A stretch of 64,000 nucleotides of DNA from an uncultured delta proteobacterium (GCA_963804165.1 CAWDPO010000016.1:64001-128000), one strand, 5' to 3'; shown: positions 28,275 through 39,404, counted from the first letter of the stretch. Notes: generated by a model not told the origin, from the letters alone. Numbers and translations: made by a program.

Positions 28275-29369
28275 CTACCCCAACGCCGGGTTGATCAGTG
28301 CTTTGGTCGGGAACATTTCGGGAATCTCGCCGCCGATGGCGCGAATACACTTTTCGACATCCTTCAGCGGAAAAACATGGCTGACCATTTCTTGCACCGG
28401 AAATTTGGTCGCCTCAATTATACGCAGCGCCGCTTCCGTGGCGTCGTTATCCGCCGTGAAGCAGCCCTGCAGTTTGATTTCGTTCCATACCAATTTGTCC
28501 ATCAGCATCGGTGTCACCGTGGAGTCGCCGGTCAAGCCGCCGAGCACCATCGTCGATTGGCGGTGCAGACAGTCGACGGATTTCAAAATCGCATTGGGGT
28601 TGCCCGACACGTCGACGACGACATCGCACATCTCACTGTTGGTTTCCTTGCGAATCACTTCCACGACATCTTCTTCTTCGACATTAATGGTTCGGGTAGC
28701 GCCAAACTTTTTTGCCAGTTCGAGCCGAGGCTTGTCGCGCCCGATGCCTGTAATGAATATTTTTGCCGCGCCGGCGTGCTTCGATGCAAACGTGCAGGAG
28801 AGTCCTTGTTGGCCGGGACCTTGGATCAAAACGTAGTCGCCCATCTTGACGCCACCGCGGCGGATCGCCCACTGAAATCCGTTCGCCATCACCGAGCCGA
28901 CCAAAGCCGCCGCTTCCGCGGTGAGCGATTCGCTTACTTTGGTGCAAAGCACATCGGGCGCCAAATAGAGATAGTCGGCGAAACCGCCGAACAGATGGGG
29001 CGGCAGGTCGCATTTCGTCCGACCGCCGTAGTTGGTGCGCTGGCGGCAAAAGCGCTGGTTATTGCGCCGGCAGTCGGCGCAGCGGCCGCAGCCGAGCGCG
29101 CCTTTGAGAATGACGCGGTCGCCTTCCTTGACATGATGAATCGCCGCGGCGTTTTTGCCGAGCTTTTCCACCCGGCCAAGAATTTCATGACCGAGTATGA
29201 TCGGATAATCGACTTTGAGCTTGCCGTGCAAATATTTAACGTCGGTGCCGCAGACGCCGCCCATTTCGATCTTGATCAAGCCGCCGTCAGCGGGAATATC
29301 GGGAATTGGATACTCGCGAAGTTCGAGTTTATCTGGACCGAGCAGTGTCGCTCCTCTTGCGCTTGCCAT
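28275..29369 (-). CDS. Zn-dependent alcohol dehydrogenase (MDR family)
   Basis: VCGTD, GHE, CGRCADC..C, GPGQQG. Confidence 0.92.
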   Translation of the reverse strand: MASARGATLLGPDKLELREYPIPDIPADGGLIKIEMGGVCGTDVKYLHGKLKVDYPIILGHEILGRVEKLGKNAAAIHHVKEGDRVILKGALGCGRCADCRRNNQRFCRQRTNYGGRTKCDLPPHLFGGFADYLYLAPDVLCTKVSESLTAEAAALVGSVMANGFQWAIRRGGVKMGDYVLIQGPGQQGLSCTFASKHAGAAKIFITGIGRDKPRLELAKKFGATRTINVEEEDVVEVIRKETNSEMCDVVVDVSGNPNAILKSVDCLHRQSTMVLGGLTGDSTVTPMLMDKLVWNEIKLQGCFTADNDATEAALRIIEATKFPVQEMVSHVFPLKDVEKCIRAIGGEIPEMFPTKALINPALG

Positions 29370-29400
29370 GGTTCGTTCTCCTTATGGTCGCCGTTCAGGA

Positions 29401-29430
29401 TGAAGGAACCTCTAATCAGAGGTTCCTTCA
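29401..29430. terminator. Perfect hairpin at the 3' end of the SBP gene
   Basis: TGAAGGAACCTCT-AATC-AGAGGTTCCTTCA. Confidence 0.6.
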
Positions 29431-30408
29431 CTTCACTCTGTATTCTTGCGAAACTTTGTCGATGAAACCGGTGCTTTCTAGTTCCTTGACGAGTGACAGA
29501 TCGGTGTAGCGGTCCGGGTTTTCTTTCAAGACCTTAGGATCTTTCTTGCCGACTTCTTGAATCGGAAGTTCGAAATATTCTCTCGACGGATAGGGCTTCA
29601 GTGGAAAATCGTATTCGCGGAAGTTCTCTTCGAGTATCTCACGGTCTTGCACTTTCATGTACTTCGACAAAACCTTCATGGCGAATTCTTTGTTGGACTT
29701 ATAAAGGGCGACCCCTTCGATCATCGCCTTGGTGAAATTGACCAGTTCCGCCCGAGTCTTCGTCAAGTAGGGTCGGCGCGACACGAAAAACAGGCTGGAG
29801 TAGGGAATATTCAGTTTTGAGGCATCGAGCAGCAACGCCATGCCAAGTTTGCGCGCTTGCAGCGTCATCGGCGGCGTGAGCATGGCGGCATCGGCGTTAT
29901 TGGTCTCGACGGCGGCGATGCGGTTCGATTGATTGCCGAATTGGAGCAAGGCGACGTCGGTCTCGGGCCGGAGCCCCTCGCGCTGGAGCAGGAAGCGGGC
30001 AGCGAAATCGGCGTTGCTGCCAAAGCGACTGATGGCAATCCGCTTTACTTCCTTGATGCTCTTGAGGCCCTTCTTTCCATACACCCGATTGTCCATGGTA
30101 TTGCCCAGGCGGCCGAACATGACCAACTCCAACCCCGGGTTTGTAATCACCACCTGGGGCGAGAACATGCCGACTTGAGCGTCGCCCGATGTCAAAGCTG
30201 CAGCGGCTAAACTTGCGCCTTGGATAAAAATCAACTCAACGTTATTGCCGTATTTCTCAAAAAGCTTGGCTTCCTTCGTCACCCAGAGCGGCGCGAATTG
30301 ACCGACTTCGCTGGTCCAGACGACGTTGATGTTCGCGGCGGAGACTGACGTGGCTTGTATAAGCAGCAATACGGCGGCTAAGTGCAGCGTCAGACGATTC
30401 CATCTCAT
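29428..30408 (-). CDS. ABC transporter substrate-binding protein (NMT1/SsuA type)
   Basis: Signal peptide; PLWVTKEAKLFEKYG, ISRFGS, DLSLVKELESTGFI. Confidence 0.88.
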   Translation of the reverse strand: MRWNRLTLHLAAVLLLIQATSVSAANINVVWTSEVGQFAPLWVTKEAKLFEKYGNNVELIFIQGASLAAAALTSGDAQVGMFSPQVVITNPGLELVMFGRLGNTMDNRVYGKKGLKSIKEVKRIAISRFGSNADFAARFLLQREGLRPETDVALLQFGNQSNRIAAVETNNADAAMLTPPMTLQARKLGMALLLDASKLNIPYSSLFFVSRRPYLTKTRAELVNFTKAMIEGVALYKSNKEFAMKVLSKYMKVQDREILEENFREYDFPLKPYPSREYFELPIQEVGKKDPKVLKENPDRYTDLSLVKELESTGFIDKVSQEYRVK

Positions 30409-30446
30409 GCGTGACTCCTTTTGCTAAAGCGCAGATAATCCGGCGG

Positions 30447-30476
30447 TTGACCTCGATTCTCGGATACCCCTATACT
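30447..30476 (+). promoter_or_regulatory. sigma70 promoter
   Basis: TTGACC-18 bp-TATACT upstream of the GAGGAGG RBS. Confidence 0.55.
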
Positions 30477-30512
30477 GCCGAACCCTTGTTGAATCAAGTT
30501 TGAGGAGGCCCG

Positions 30513-31490
30513 ATGATTCAATCCATTATCGTGCTGCTGATGGTTTTAATCGGTTATCCGTTGGCGTCGGCCCAGACGCCCACGCGGGTGATGTCCGGCT
30601 ACGCTGCGACGTCGGGACCGCATGCGGTGTTATGGATTGCCCGTGACGCCGGGCTATTTGAAAAGAATGGCTTGCGTACCGACGTCGCTTACATTCGCAG
30701 CGGGTCAACCATGGCGCAAACCCTGGTGTCCGGCGAAATCCAGATGTCACAAATGGGCGGGCCGGCGATGCTCGCCGCCGGGGTCGCGGGTATGGATGTC
30801 ACATTTGTCGCCGTGGCGCTCAACACCACGCCGATCGTGATCATGGGCACGGTGTCGAAGATGGAAGAGCTCAAAGGCAAATCGATCGGCGTGACCCGTT
30901 ATGGTTCCAACACCGACATCTCGGCGCGTTTTGCGATCCGTAAGGCGGGGCTTCAGCCGGAAAAAGACATTGCGCTGATCCAACTCGAAGACTACGCCGG
31001 CATAATGGGCGGGATCGCGTCCGGCCGTATTGCCGCCGGCGCGCTCGCCGATCCGTTTACCGACGCGGCAAAAAAGTTGGGCTATAAAGAAATCGCGGAT
31101 CTTGCCGCGATGGGATTGGAATTCCCCTTCGTCGGAATCGCGGCAAAGAAATCATATATTAAGGATAACACGGACACCGCGCAGCGTTTCGTGCGCGCTT
31201 ACGTGGAGGCAATCGCGATCTACAAGAATAACCGAGATCTGGCGATGAAGATCACGAGCAAGTATACGGGCATCAAGGATCCGGCAATTCTTGCCTCGAC
31301 CGTGGATTTCTACGCGCCGAAACTGCAGCGTGTTCCTTATGCCACGGTCGGCGGCATTCGCTTCGTTTTGGATCAAGTCGCTGTGCGCGACCCACGCGCA
31401 AAAAATTACGCGCCGGAAACTTTCATGGACACACGCTTTGTGAAGCAGCTTGAGGACAGCGGCTTTATCAAGGGGCTCTATCCCAAATGA
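30513..31490 (+). CDS. ABC transporter substrate-binding protein (NMT1/SsuA type)
   Basis: Signal peptide; LWIARDAGLFEKNGL, LKGKSIGVTRYGS, FVKQLEDSGFI. Confidence 0.9.
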   Translation: MIQSIIVLLMVLIGYPLASAQTPTRVMSGYAATSGPHAVLWIARDAGLFEKNGLRTDVAYIRSGSTMAQTLVSGEIQMSQMGGPAMLAAGVAGMDVTFVAVALNTTPIVIMGTVSKMEELKGKSIGVTRYGSNTDISARFAIRKAGLQPEKDIALIQLEDYAGIMGGIASGRIAAGALADPFTDAAKKLGYKEIADLAAMGLEFPFVGIAAKKSYIKDNTDTAQRFVRAYVEAIAIYKNNRDLAMKITSKYTGIKDPAILASTVDFYAPKLQRVPYATVGGIRFVLDQVAVRDPRAKNYAPETFMDTRFVKQLEDSGFIKGLYPK

Positions 31491-31883
31491 AAGGGCGATC
31501 GCAGGCGCGATTTCCACTGTGACGCCGGATATGCCGAGTATAGAGAGCATCAGTCATCGCGTTTTTTGTTTTCACGCCCTCAGAAGATTCACATTCCATC
31601 GCTAAACGGTTGCGTTATTCCGCTACGTCTCTTAGCACGAAAACAGCTCAAAGCGTTTCTATGGCTCAATAATGATCGAAACAATGGCGCGCGGGCCCGC
31701 CGATTAATTTCTGCTTGATCGGCGCATTCCAGGATGTGATTGTCTGTCACGCTGCCGAGGAGCGTCGGTATCCAGCTGCTCGAAATTCGCCGCTTTGCCG
31801 GCTCAGGCTACATCGAAATCGCGGCGCATGAATCGCTCGGCGAACTGACCGAACGGGTGGCATAGGACGATCGGAATCTAGTC

Positions 31884-33410
31884 TTATAGCCGCAGTGAAG
31901 GACGTGGGTAGAGTGCGAGCGCTTCGACTGCTGAGGCTGCCGCGATCAGGCTCGCGTCGCGAAACGGCGCCGCCACGAGCTGCAAACCTATAGGGAGGCC
32001 ACCGGCGGAGCGGCCGCAGGGGACGGAGACGGCAGGGAAGCCGATGAAGCTCCACGGGATACAGTTTCCTCGATAGAACCAAGAGAAAACGGTCGGCTTC
32101 TGAAACGGCCGGCGCCAGAACCAACGAAGTCGGCAGCGCGAGAACGTCGACACGCGCAAAAAGCTCCAGCATGCGGCGGCGAAACTCTTCGCGGTGGCGC
32201 TGGGCCATCAAGTAAGCGACAGCGGGAACATTCAGCGCCTCTTCCAGTTGGTCTCTGGTTTCGGCGGTATAGAGACTCGATTTTTCCTTAAGCCAGGGTT
32301 GATGAAAGGTCGCCGCTTCGGCGCGGCTGACAATGAGCCCGGTCATATTGGTCATTTCCAAATCGTCCGCCGAAGGTTGCTCGACGGATTGAACGCTACA
32401 GACCGCGCTCTTCAATCCCTCGATGACGCGCCATTCGCTTGGGAGACTTCGCGGTCGATGCCCTCGAATCCCGCGGACGGCACGCCGATGCGCAACTTCG
32501 TCACGTCGCCGTCAACGTGGCGGCTGTATGATGGCGCCGGCCGCTCCACCGAATTCGGATCACGCGCATCTCTTCCGGCGATGACGTCCAGGAGCAACGC
32601 TGCATCTTCAACCGTCGCGCCCATAGGCGCTACATGATCCATGGACCAGGAGAGCGTGATGACACCGTGGGTCGGTACGAGTCCAAAAGTAGGTTTGAAG
32701 CCGACGACCCCGCTCAGCGCCGCCGGCACACGGATCGAAGCGCGCGTGTCGGTACCGAGCCCGCCCGGCGCCATGCCGGTGGCGACGGCGATGGCGGTGC
32801 CACCGGTGGAGCCGCCCGGGATGCGGGTTTCATCCCAAGGGTTGCGGCTTTGCGGCGTGGTGACGCCCAAGGCGAACTCGTGGGTCTCGGTTTTTCCGAT
32901 GACGATGGCGCCGGCCGCTTTGATTCTCTCCACGGCGCAGGCATCGTGCTCGGGAACAACAAGGTCACTCAAGACGCGCGAGCTGGCGGAGGTGGGGACT
33001 CCGGCGACGTGGATCACATCTTTTATGGAAAGCGGCACGCCGTGCAGTGGGCCACGCAACGCGCCACGCTTAACGTCGCGGTCGAGTTGGTCGGCTTCTC
33101 TTAGCGCTTGCTCCTCCAACACACAGACGAAGGCGCGGAGCTTCGGGTTCAACGCAGCGATGTGCTCAAGGCAGGAAGTCACCGGGGCGCGCGCCGAGAG
33201 CTTGCCTGTGCGGATTGCTCGTGCCATGCCACATACGGTGGCGACTGCAGTTTCATTTTCGGGCCGCTCTAACGTCGCGCCGTGGAAAAAATTCTCAACC
33301 GGCGGTGAAGCGATCGGGCGATAAGTGAACGCCGGACGGGTCTCCAGATCCAATATCGGATGGCTTTGCAACCAAGCGACGGCTTGGCGAAAAAGGTCTT
33401 TCGTTGTCAC
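31884..33410 (-). CDS. Amidase signature family protein, apparent frameshifts near 32420 and 32075
   Basis: GPLHGVPLSIKD, GKT.THEFA, PGGSTGG, GTDTRASIRVPA, GFKPTFG; C-terminus (PAVSVPCG..GLPIGLQL) split over ORFs 31747-32415 and 31884-32159. Confidence 0.85.
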
Positions 33411-33661
33411 ATTGCATCGTGTTTGAGTTGAACGGCCTCGGTGCTAACTTTCCCACCGACGAGGTGACAAGTAACCACGTGCGCGGGCACAATTGCTTTT
33501 AGCTCGGGCATTTCGCTGGCGTGGCGCTCGCAACAAAGAAAGCCAAACATCCGGTTACGTCCGAGCCTTTTTTGCACCAAAGGCCATAAGCCCGCCATAG
33601 GTATCCAGCGACGATTGATCTGCCGCACACCCTTGCCGACGTTCGCGCACAGGAAAATCAC
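33407..33661 (-). CDS. Hypothetical protein or fragment coupled to the amidase start
   Basis: Stop overlaps the amidase start (GTGA); no recognisable motif. Confidence 0.25.
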   Translation of the reverse strand: MIFLCANVGKGVRQINRRWIPMAGLWPLVQKRLGRNRMFGFLCCERHASEMPELKAIVPAHVVTCHLVGGKVSTEAVQLKHDAM

Positions 33662-34030
33662 TGCCAGCGATGAGTGAAGGCCGACACGTCGCCTTCATCG
33701 CGTATTTCTCGCCCTGGCAGCCCAGAGTTTTGTGGGATGATCGAGCGCAAGCTCCATGCCACCAGCAATAAACGCGAAATTTTGATCTTATCGGATCCGT
33801 CTTCCGCAGGATTTGCTTAAGTCATGGGCTTACGTGCGCGATTCTTAAGCACGGATCGATTTTTTCTATGCCGCGCGAGATTGCGCGCCTCACGGCTTGG
33901 GCTTGGTCGAGTCGTCGGCGCAAGCTTGCCGTGTATTTCCTGCGGCAAAACCAAGGCTGGGAATTTGCGGCGTTCTGCAACATGAAAAGCGCAGAATTAC
34001 AGAAGAGCTTTGTCAGAAGATCTGTTTCAT

Positions 34031-35218
34031 TTAACCGGCTAGCCGACCAATAAAAATTCGCAAACTCAAAACGTAGAGTAGAACTAGAGTAAACGCCATT
34101 AACGTCGGCACAAGGTAATTTACGGTTGGTAGGACCGCGAGCGCGACCAGACCGAGACCGATCGAGAGAGGCACCGTTTCTTTGCAGCGGGTTAGGAACA
34201 GCGCACATGGCAAGATCAGCAGAGTCAGATCGTGCGTAAATAGATGCGGTATTACGATCAGGAGCGCTAGTACGTTAATAATCCAGGTCACAGCGAAAGC
34301 ATCGGGCTTTTGTCGGGCTCGCAGGTTTGCCAAAACCATCGTTGCGATCACTAAAGCGTCGCCGACCCACCAAACGGGGGTTTGCCAATTTGCCGGCAGC
34401 CAGTAGATCGTCAGGGCGCGCAAATTATGCATGCCGCGCCATTGGTTCCACCAATCGTCATCGGCCGTGACCATGCGCTGGGCGAGCGAAAAGTATTGCT
34501 TTGAAGCTTCCAGGCCGATGAAAATAAATGCGCCGACGATCAAGGTCACACTCATCAGCGCGCCAACGAGCAGGCCCCGCCAGTGCCGACGAAGAAGAAG
34601 AACCAGATGCGGAATGGGCAAAAATTGCGGTTTGACACAAAGCAGCCCGGCCCAAAGCCCGGCTTTAAATTCACTCGATTGCTTCTGCGCGAGTACGTGA
34701 GAGGTCAGGAAGAAAAGAATGATGGCGGAAGTTTGGCCGTAAAATACGACGGCGTGCACGCCAAAATTACACAACGCGAAAAGAATCAGCCAGTGGGATT
34801 GATCGCGCGTTAGCGATAAATACCGAATCAATAGCCGCAGGCTGATAAACAGCAGCAAGACATTCAATGCGGTCATGAATAAAAAGGCGATGGGAAAAGG
34901 CATCCGAGCCAAAGGCGCAAACAACGCCGCCGTGATCGGTGGGTAAACGAACGGCAAGACTCGCTCGGTCGGCGCAATCCTTTGTTGATAGGCGAGCTGT
35001 TTGTCCAGATCGTAGAGCGACCGGCGGTCCTGGCGGATTAGTTCGCCTTCGGCATAAAACGTGACGAAGTCGGCGACGCAGTTCGGCTGGCTGCATTGAG
35101 GCACGTGATCGATCAATATCTTCAGCCAGTTTGCGCCGGAGATAAACGCAAGGCCTATTGCAATCCCGACGATGATCGCTTTGACTGGGTTTGTCCAAGC
35201 CGCGCTGGCAGAAGTCAT
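34031..35218 (-). CDS. Glycosyltransferase family 87 (DUF2029) membrane protein
   Basis: DFVTFY, PFVYPP, GQTS, VKPQ, PHLFTHD; multi-TM. Confidence 0.88.
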   Translation of the reverse strand: MTSASAAWTNPVKAIIVGIAIGLAFISGANWLKILIDHVPQCSQPNCVADFVTFYAEGELIRQDRRSLYDLDKQLAYQQRIAPTERVLPFVYPPITAALFAPLARMPFPIAFLFMTALNVLLLFISLRLLIRYLSLTRDQSHWLILFALCNFGVHAVVFYGQTSAIILFFLTSHVLAQKQSSEFKAGLWAGLLCVKPQFLPIPHLVLLLRRHWRGLLVGALMSVTLIVGAFIFIGLEASKQYFSLAQRMVTADDDWWNQWRGMHNLRALTIYWLPANWQTPVWWVGDALVIATMVLANLRARQKPDAFAVTWIINVLALLIVIPHLFTHDLTLLILPCALFLTRCKETVPLSIGLGLVALAVLPTVNYLVPTLMAFTLVLLYVLSLRIFIGRLAG

Positions 35219-35280
35219 CAGGCTATCCGAGTGAAATTACAAGAGAGCAGATCGTATATGGCCGGAGATTTTCATTTTGT

Positions 35281-35778
35281 CTAACTTTTCACCAACGCAA
35301 GACCGAGCAGCACGACGATCGGGCCGAGGGCGGCATTGATTTTTAGCAGCAGAAACCAACGGCGCCAGTGGGAGAGAAGAGGTTCAGGCCAACCCTCCAA
35401 GCCCTCCGGCAGCTGGGCGGTCAAACGAGCGATGGCGGGGGCATATTTGAAGACTTGCAGACAATGGTGCAGGACCATCGCGCCGAAAAGAATTATTTTA
35501 ACGCTCAGTATGATGACGAACGCTCTACTGAACATTGATCCTGATGGCGGTATGCGCGCGACCAAATTGACGATTCCGGTCAGGAGCAGAAGTCCGATGG
35601 CGATCCACGCGATGTTTTCAAGACCGATGCGCGCCTGATTCATCGTCTTGATGGCGATTTGCGGCTCCAATTCGTGGACCGCAGGCCCGGAGACGACCAG
35701 AAAAAACACCATTCCGCCCAGCCACATCGCGATCGCGATGACGTGAACCATTGCGCTCAGCGCAGCCCATGCGGTCAT
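35281..35778 (-). CDS. CopD/DUF4149-like four-TM membrane protein
   Basis: HVIAIAMWLGGMVF, LLTG, VKIILF..H; divergent from coxB. Confidence 0.75.
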   Translation of the reverse strand: MTAWAALSAMVHVIAIAMWLGGMVFFLVVSGPAVHELEPQIAIKTMNQARIGLENIAWIAIGLLLLTGIVNLVARIPPSGSMFSRAFVIILSVKIILFGAMVLHHCLQVFKYAPAIARLTAQLPEGLEGWPEPLLSHWRRWFLLLKINAALGPIVVLLGLALVKS

Positions 35779-35938
35779 GGACGAGGTTCCGCTACGATCT
35801 CCATGATTGGTTGCAATCTTCGCATAAATCCTCGTCAAATCAACGCCAATCGTGCTTGAAATGCCCCAGGGGCTGTGTTAGCTAGAAGAAAAGTTTTTAC
35901 CCCAATTCTCGAAAATCATAAGGATGGTTCACTAAAAA

Positions 35939-36604
35939 ATGATGCAGTGGTTGCCGGAAGATGTGTCTACGTTCGGCCAAGAGATCGATTCGTTATTCTA
36001 TCTCATCTACTACATCACGGCAGCCACTTTTATTCTCGTGACCGTCTTGATGGTCGTGTTCTTGATCAAGTATCGCGACCGGGGCGACAGACGCGCCACT
36101 TATAGCCACGGCAATACGACACTCGAGATCATCTGGACGATCATCCCCGCCGTCATCCTAATCGTCCTTGCGTTCATGAGCGCGTCGACCTGGGCGAAAG
36201 TGAAACGCCATGTGCCGGACACCGACTTCGAAGTCGGCGTGATGGCCAAACAATTTAACTGGGAAATAAGTTATCCCGGCGCCGATGGAAAACTCGGCAC
36301 CGACGACGACGTCAAGTTCGATAACGATCTCCACGTGCCGGTGCATAAACCGATTCGGTTAGTGCTTAGCGCAAAGGACGTGATCCATAGCTTCTTCATT
36401 CCCAATATGCGCTTCAAACAAGATGCAGTGCCAGGTCGGCAAATCATCGCGTGGTTTGAAGGCACCAAGCCCGGGAAATACGAGCTTCCGTGCGCCGAAC
36501 TTTGCGGCTTCGGCCATTCCGGCATGAAGGGCTGGCTCTATGTTCAGACGCCCGAAGAATATAAAAAATGGGCGGACGAAAACCTGGCTGCAAAACCGCA
36601 GTAA
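35939..36604 (+). CDS. coxB: Cytochrome c oxidase subunit II
   Basis: LEIIWTIIP, DVIHSF, CuA motif CAELCGFGHSGM. Confidence 0.97.
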   Translation: MMQWLPEDVSTFGQEIDSLFYLIYYITAATFILVTVLMVVFLIKYRDRGDRRATYSHGNTTLEIIWTIIPAVILIVLAFMSASTWAKVKRHVPDTDFEVGVMAKQFNWEISYPGADGKLGTDDDVKFDNDLHVPVHKPIRLVLSAKDVIHSFFIPNMRFKQDAVPGRQIIAWFEGTKPGKYELPCAELCGFGHSGMKGWLYVQTPEEYKKWADENLAAKPQ

Positions 36605-36659
36605 GTACATCCAAAGCTTTGTTGATTGATCCGAAGCCACTGACGGAGGATTTTGACCG

Positions 36660-38420
36660 ATGAGCGAAATCGCGGCGGCGCACGCGTCGCATGAACATCA
36701 CCAAGAACTGGGTTTTATCCGAACGTATATCTTTTCACTTGACCATAAGATGATTGGCCGGCAGTTCTTGTTCATGGGCCTGCTCATGATTATCGTGGGC
36801 GGCTTGCTCGCGATGCTAGTGCGCTGGCAGTTGGCTTGGCCGGAATCACCGGTACCAGGGTTAAATTTTATCCCCGAGCCCTACATCTATCCTGGCGAGC
36901 ATGGTGGCGGCATTATTCCACCGCAAACCTATAACGCCCTCTTTACAATGCACGCGACGATCATGATTTTCTTTGTAGTCATGCCGATCATGGTCGGAAC
37001 CTTCGGCAATTTCCTGATTCCGCTGATGATCGGCACCCGGGATATGGCATTCCCAAAATTGAACATGCTCTCCTTCTGGGTCGGCGCCATCGCCACGGTG
37101 GTCATGCTCGCCAGCTTCTTCGTGCCCGGTGGGCCGGCGGCAGGGGGATGGACGAGTTACGCAACACTGTCCGCGAGATCGCAATACACAGGAGTCGAGT
37201 TGGGGCAAGATTTTTGGATTATTAGCCTGCTCATTCTCGGCGTCTCGTCGTTGATGGGCTCGATTAACTATATTACCACCATCATTAACATGCGCGCCCC
37301 CGGTATGACCTACTTCCGCATGCCTTTGACGGTCTGGTCGTTGTTTGTCACGGCGATTTTGCTGCTCCTCGCTTTGCCGGTACTGACTGCCGCTTTGGCC
37401 ATGCTGCTCTTTGATCGGGTGGCGGGCACCAGCTTTTTTCTGCCCGAAGGCGGCGGACAACCTTTGCTCTGGCAGCACATGTTTTGGTTTTTCGGCCATC
37501 CGGAAGTTTATATTTTGGTTCTTCCGGCCATGGGCGTCACGTCCGACATCCTTTCCACTTTCTCGCGCAAACCGATATTTGGTTATCATGCCATGGCATT
37601 TTCCATGATCGCCATCGCCTTTCTGTCGTGGATTGTTTGGGGCCATCATATGTTTATCAGCGGTATGAATCCACTGCTCGGCACGGCCTTCATGATGACG
37701 ACGATGGTCATTGCGGTGCCTTCGGCCATCAAAGTTTTCAATTGGCTCGGCACCTTGTGGGGCGGCACGATTCGCTTGACCTCGCCGATGCTCTTTGCCT
37801 TGGGATTCGTCTCGAATTTTTTGATCGGCGGCTTGAGTGGAGTTTTCATGGCATCGACGCCGGTCGATATATTCATCCATGACACGTATTACATTGTTGC
37901 TCATTTTCATTACGTCGTCGCCGGAATCGTATTCGCTTTGTTCGCGGCGGTTTATTACTGGTTTCCCAAGATGTTCGGGCGCACGATGAACGAACCCCTG
38001 GCTAAGATTCATTTCGTCTTAACCTATATATTCTTCAACGGCGCGTTTTTCCCCATGCACTTCCTCGGCGTCGGCGGGCACATGCGGCGAATTTACAATC
38101 CGATGCAGTACGAGTTTATACTGCCGATGCAACACTGGAACGTATTCATCACGATCAGCGCCTTGTTGCTCGGCGCTTCGCAATTTTTCTTCCTATTTAA
38201 TTTCGTCTGGAGTCTATTCGCCGGCAAGAAGGCGGATCGCAATCCCTGGCAGGCCAACACGCTGGAATGGTCTGCGCCGACGCCGCCGCCTCACGGCAAT
38301 TTCGAGGTGCAGCCGGTGGTTTACCGCGGCCCCTACGAGTACAGCTCGCCGGAAGTCAAAGAAGACTGGCTGCCGCAAGATAAAAATCTCGGTGCTACCG
38401 CGGCAGCGCGAGCGCACTAA
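36660..38420 (+). CDS. coxA: Cytochrome c oxidase subunit I (A1 type)
   Basis: DHKMIG, TMHATIM, WFFGHPEVY, VWGHHM, HDTYYIVAHFHY. Confidence 0.98.
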   Translation: MSEIAAAHASHEHHQELGFIRTYIFSLDHKMIGRQFLFMGLLMIIVGGLLAMLVRWQLAWPESPVPGLNFIPEPYIYPGEHGGGIIPPQTYNALFTMHATIMIFFVVMPIMVGTFGNFLIPLMIGTRDMAFPKLNMLSFWVGAIATVVMLASFFVPGGPAAGGWTSYATLSARSQYTGVELGQDFWIISLLILGVSSLMGSINYITTIINMRAPGMTYFRMPLTVWSLFVTAILLLLALPVLTAALAMLLFDRVAGTSFFLPEGGGQPLLWQHMFWFFGHPEVYILVLPAMGVTSDILSTFSRKPIFGYHAMAFSMIAIAFLSWIVWGHHMFISGMNPLLGTAFMMTTMVIAVPSAIKVFNWLGTLWGGTIRLTSPMLFALGFVSNFLIGGLSGVFMASTPVDIFIHDTYYIVAHFHYVVAGIVFALFAAVYYWFPKMFGRTMNEPLAKIHFVLTYIFFNGAFFPMHFLGVGGHMRRIYNPMQYEFILPMQHWNVFITISALLLGASQFFFLFNFVWSLFAGKKADRNPWQANTLEWSAPTPPPHGNFEVQPVVYRGPYEYSSPEVKEDWLPQDKNLGATAAARAH

Positions 38421-38435
38421 CGGAAAATCAGAAGT

Positions 38436-39404
38436 ATGAAAGCGGACGGTAGCAAGGTGGGGGAGCCCATTCTTACCCAGCCTTCAATTATTTCAGCTTG
38501 GCCGCACCGCATCGCCATCATCCTCGCTGGCGCGACGTTTCCCTTACTCTTCATCGGCGGCCTCGTGACCAGCAAGGGCGCGGGGCTCGCCGTGCCGGAC
38601 TGGCCGACGACCTTCGGTTACAATATGTTTCTCTACCCGTGGTCGAAAATGGTCGGCGACATTTTCTACGAGCATAGCCATCGCCTGGTTGCATCCTTTG
38701 TCGGTTTGCTGACCATCAACTTGGCGCTCGTTTTGTGGTTTAGCGAGCGGCGGGCGTGGCTGCGTTGGCTTGGTTTTGCCGCGTTGGGACTGGTCGTCAC
38801 ACAGGGAATCCTCGGCGGTTTGCGTGTGGTCCTGCTGCAGCAGGCATTGGCGATCATTCACGCCGCAATCGCACAGGCCTTCTTCGCGCTGACGGTTTGC
38901 CTGGTGATTTTCACATCGCCGGATTGGAACCGCTCGAGTGATACGGCGGCGCTCACCGATAACGGGCGGCTGCGGCGGTTGTGCGCCGTGACGACCGCGC
39001 TGATTTATTTGCAAATTATATTCGGGGCGGTGTTGCGCCATACCGGAGAGCGGGTTGACGCTCACTTGGCCTTTGCTGTGCTGGTTACGCTACACGTGAT
39101 CTTCATTTTGACGCGAGTGGCAAGACACCACGCGACTTCCGTCGCTTTGACGAGACCGGCGCTGGCGCTTTTTGCACTTTTGCTGGTCCAACTGGCCTTG
39201 GGCGGCATATCTTACTTGGCCAAATTCACAGTGATGGTGCGACTGCCAATTGACGCGATTGTTCTTTTGACAACGAGTCACCTTGCAGTGGGCGCGTTAA
39301 TGCTTGCAACCGCCGTGGTGCTCACTCTGCGATCGTATGGCGTGCCTGTATCATCGGGTGATGCCCCCGGAACAAAAATCTTGACGGAGCAATTTTCCGT
39401 ATGA
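38436..39404 (+). CDS. ctaA: Heme A synthase (COX15/CtaA)
   Basis: GLAVPDWP, EHSHR, QGILGGLRV. Confidence 0.92.
   Translation: MKADGSKVGEPILTQPSIISAWPHRIAIILAGATFPLLFIGGLVTSKGAGLAVPDWPTTFGYNMFLYPWSKMVGDIFYEHSHRLVASFVGLLTINLALVLWFSERRAWLRWLGFAALGLVVTQGILGGLRVVLLQQALAIIHAAIAQAFFALTVCLVIFTSPDWNRSSDTAALTDNGRLRRLCAVTTALIYLQIIFGAVLRHTGERVDAHLAFAVLVTLHVIFILTRVARHHATSVALTRPALALFALLLVQLALGGISYLAKFTVMVRLPIDAIVLLTTSHLAVGALMLATAVVLTLRSYGVPVSSGDAPGTKILTEQFSV

Noticed and set aside
28377-29465. Long antisense ORFs (also 36861-38012 and 54495-55655)
   Set aside because: Mirror frames of well-supported genes, expected with GC-biased codon usage.
33822-34053. Short ORFs between the amidase region and GT87
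   Set aside because: No RBS or motif; they overlap the GT87 3' end.
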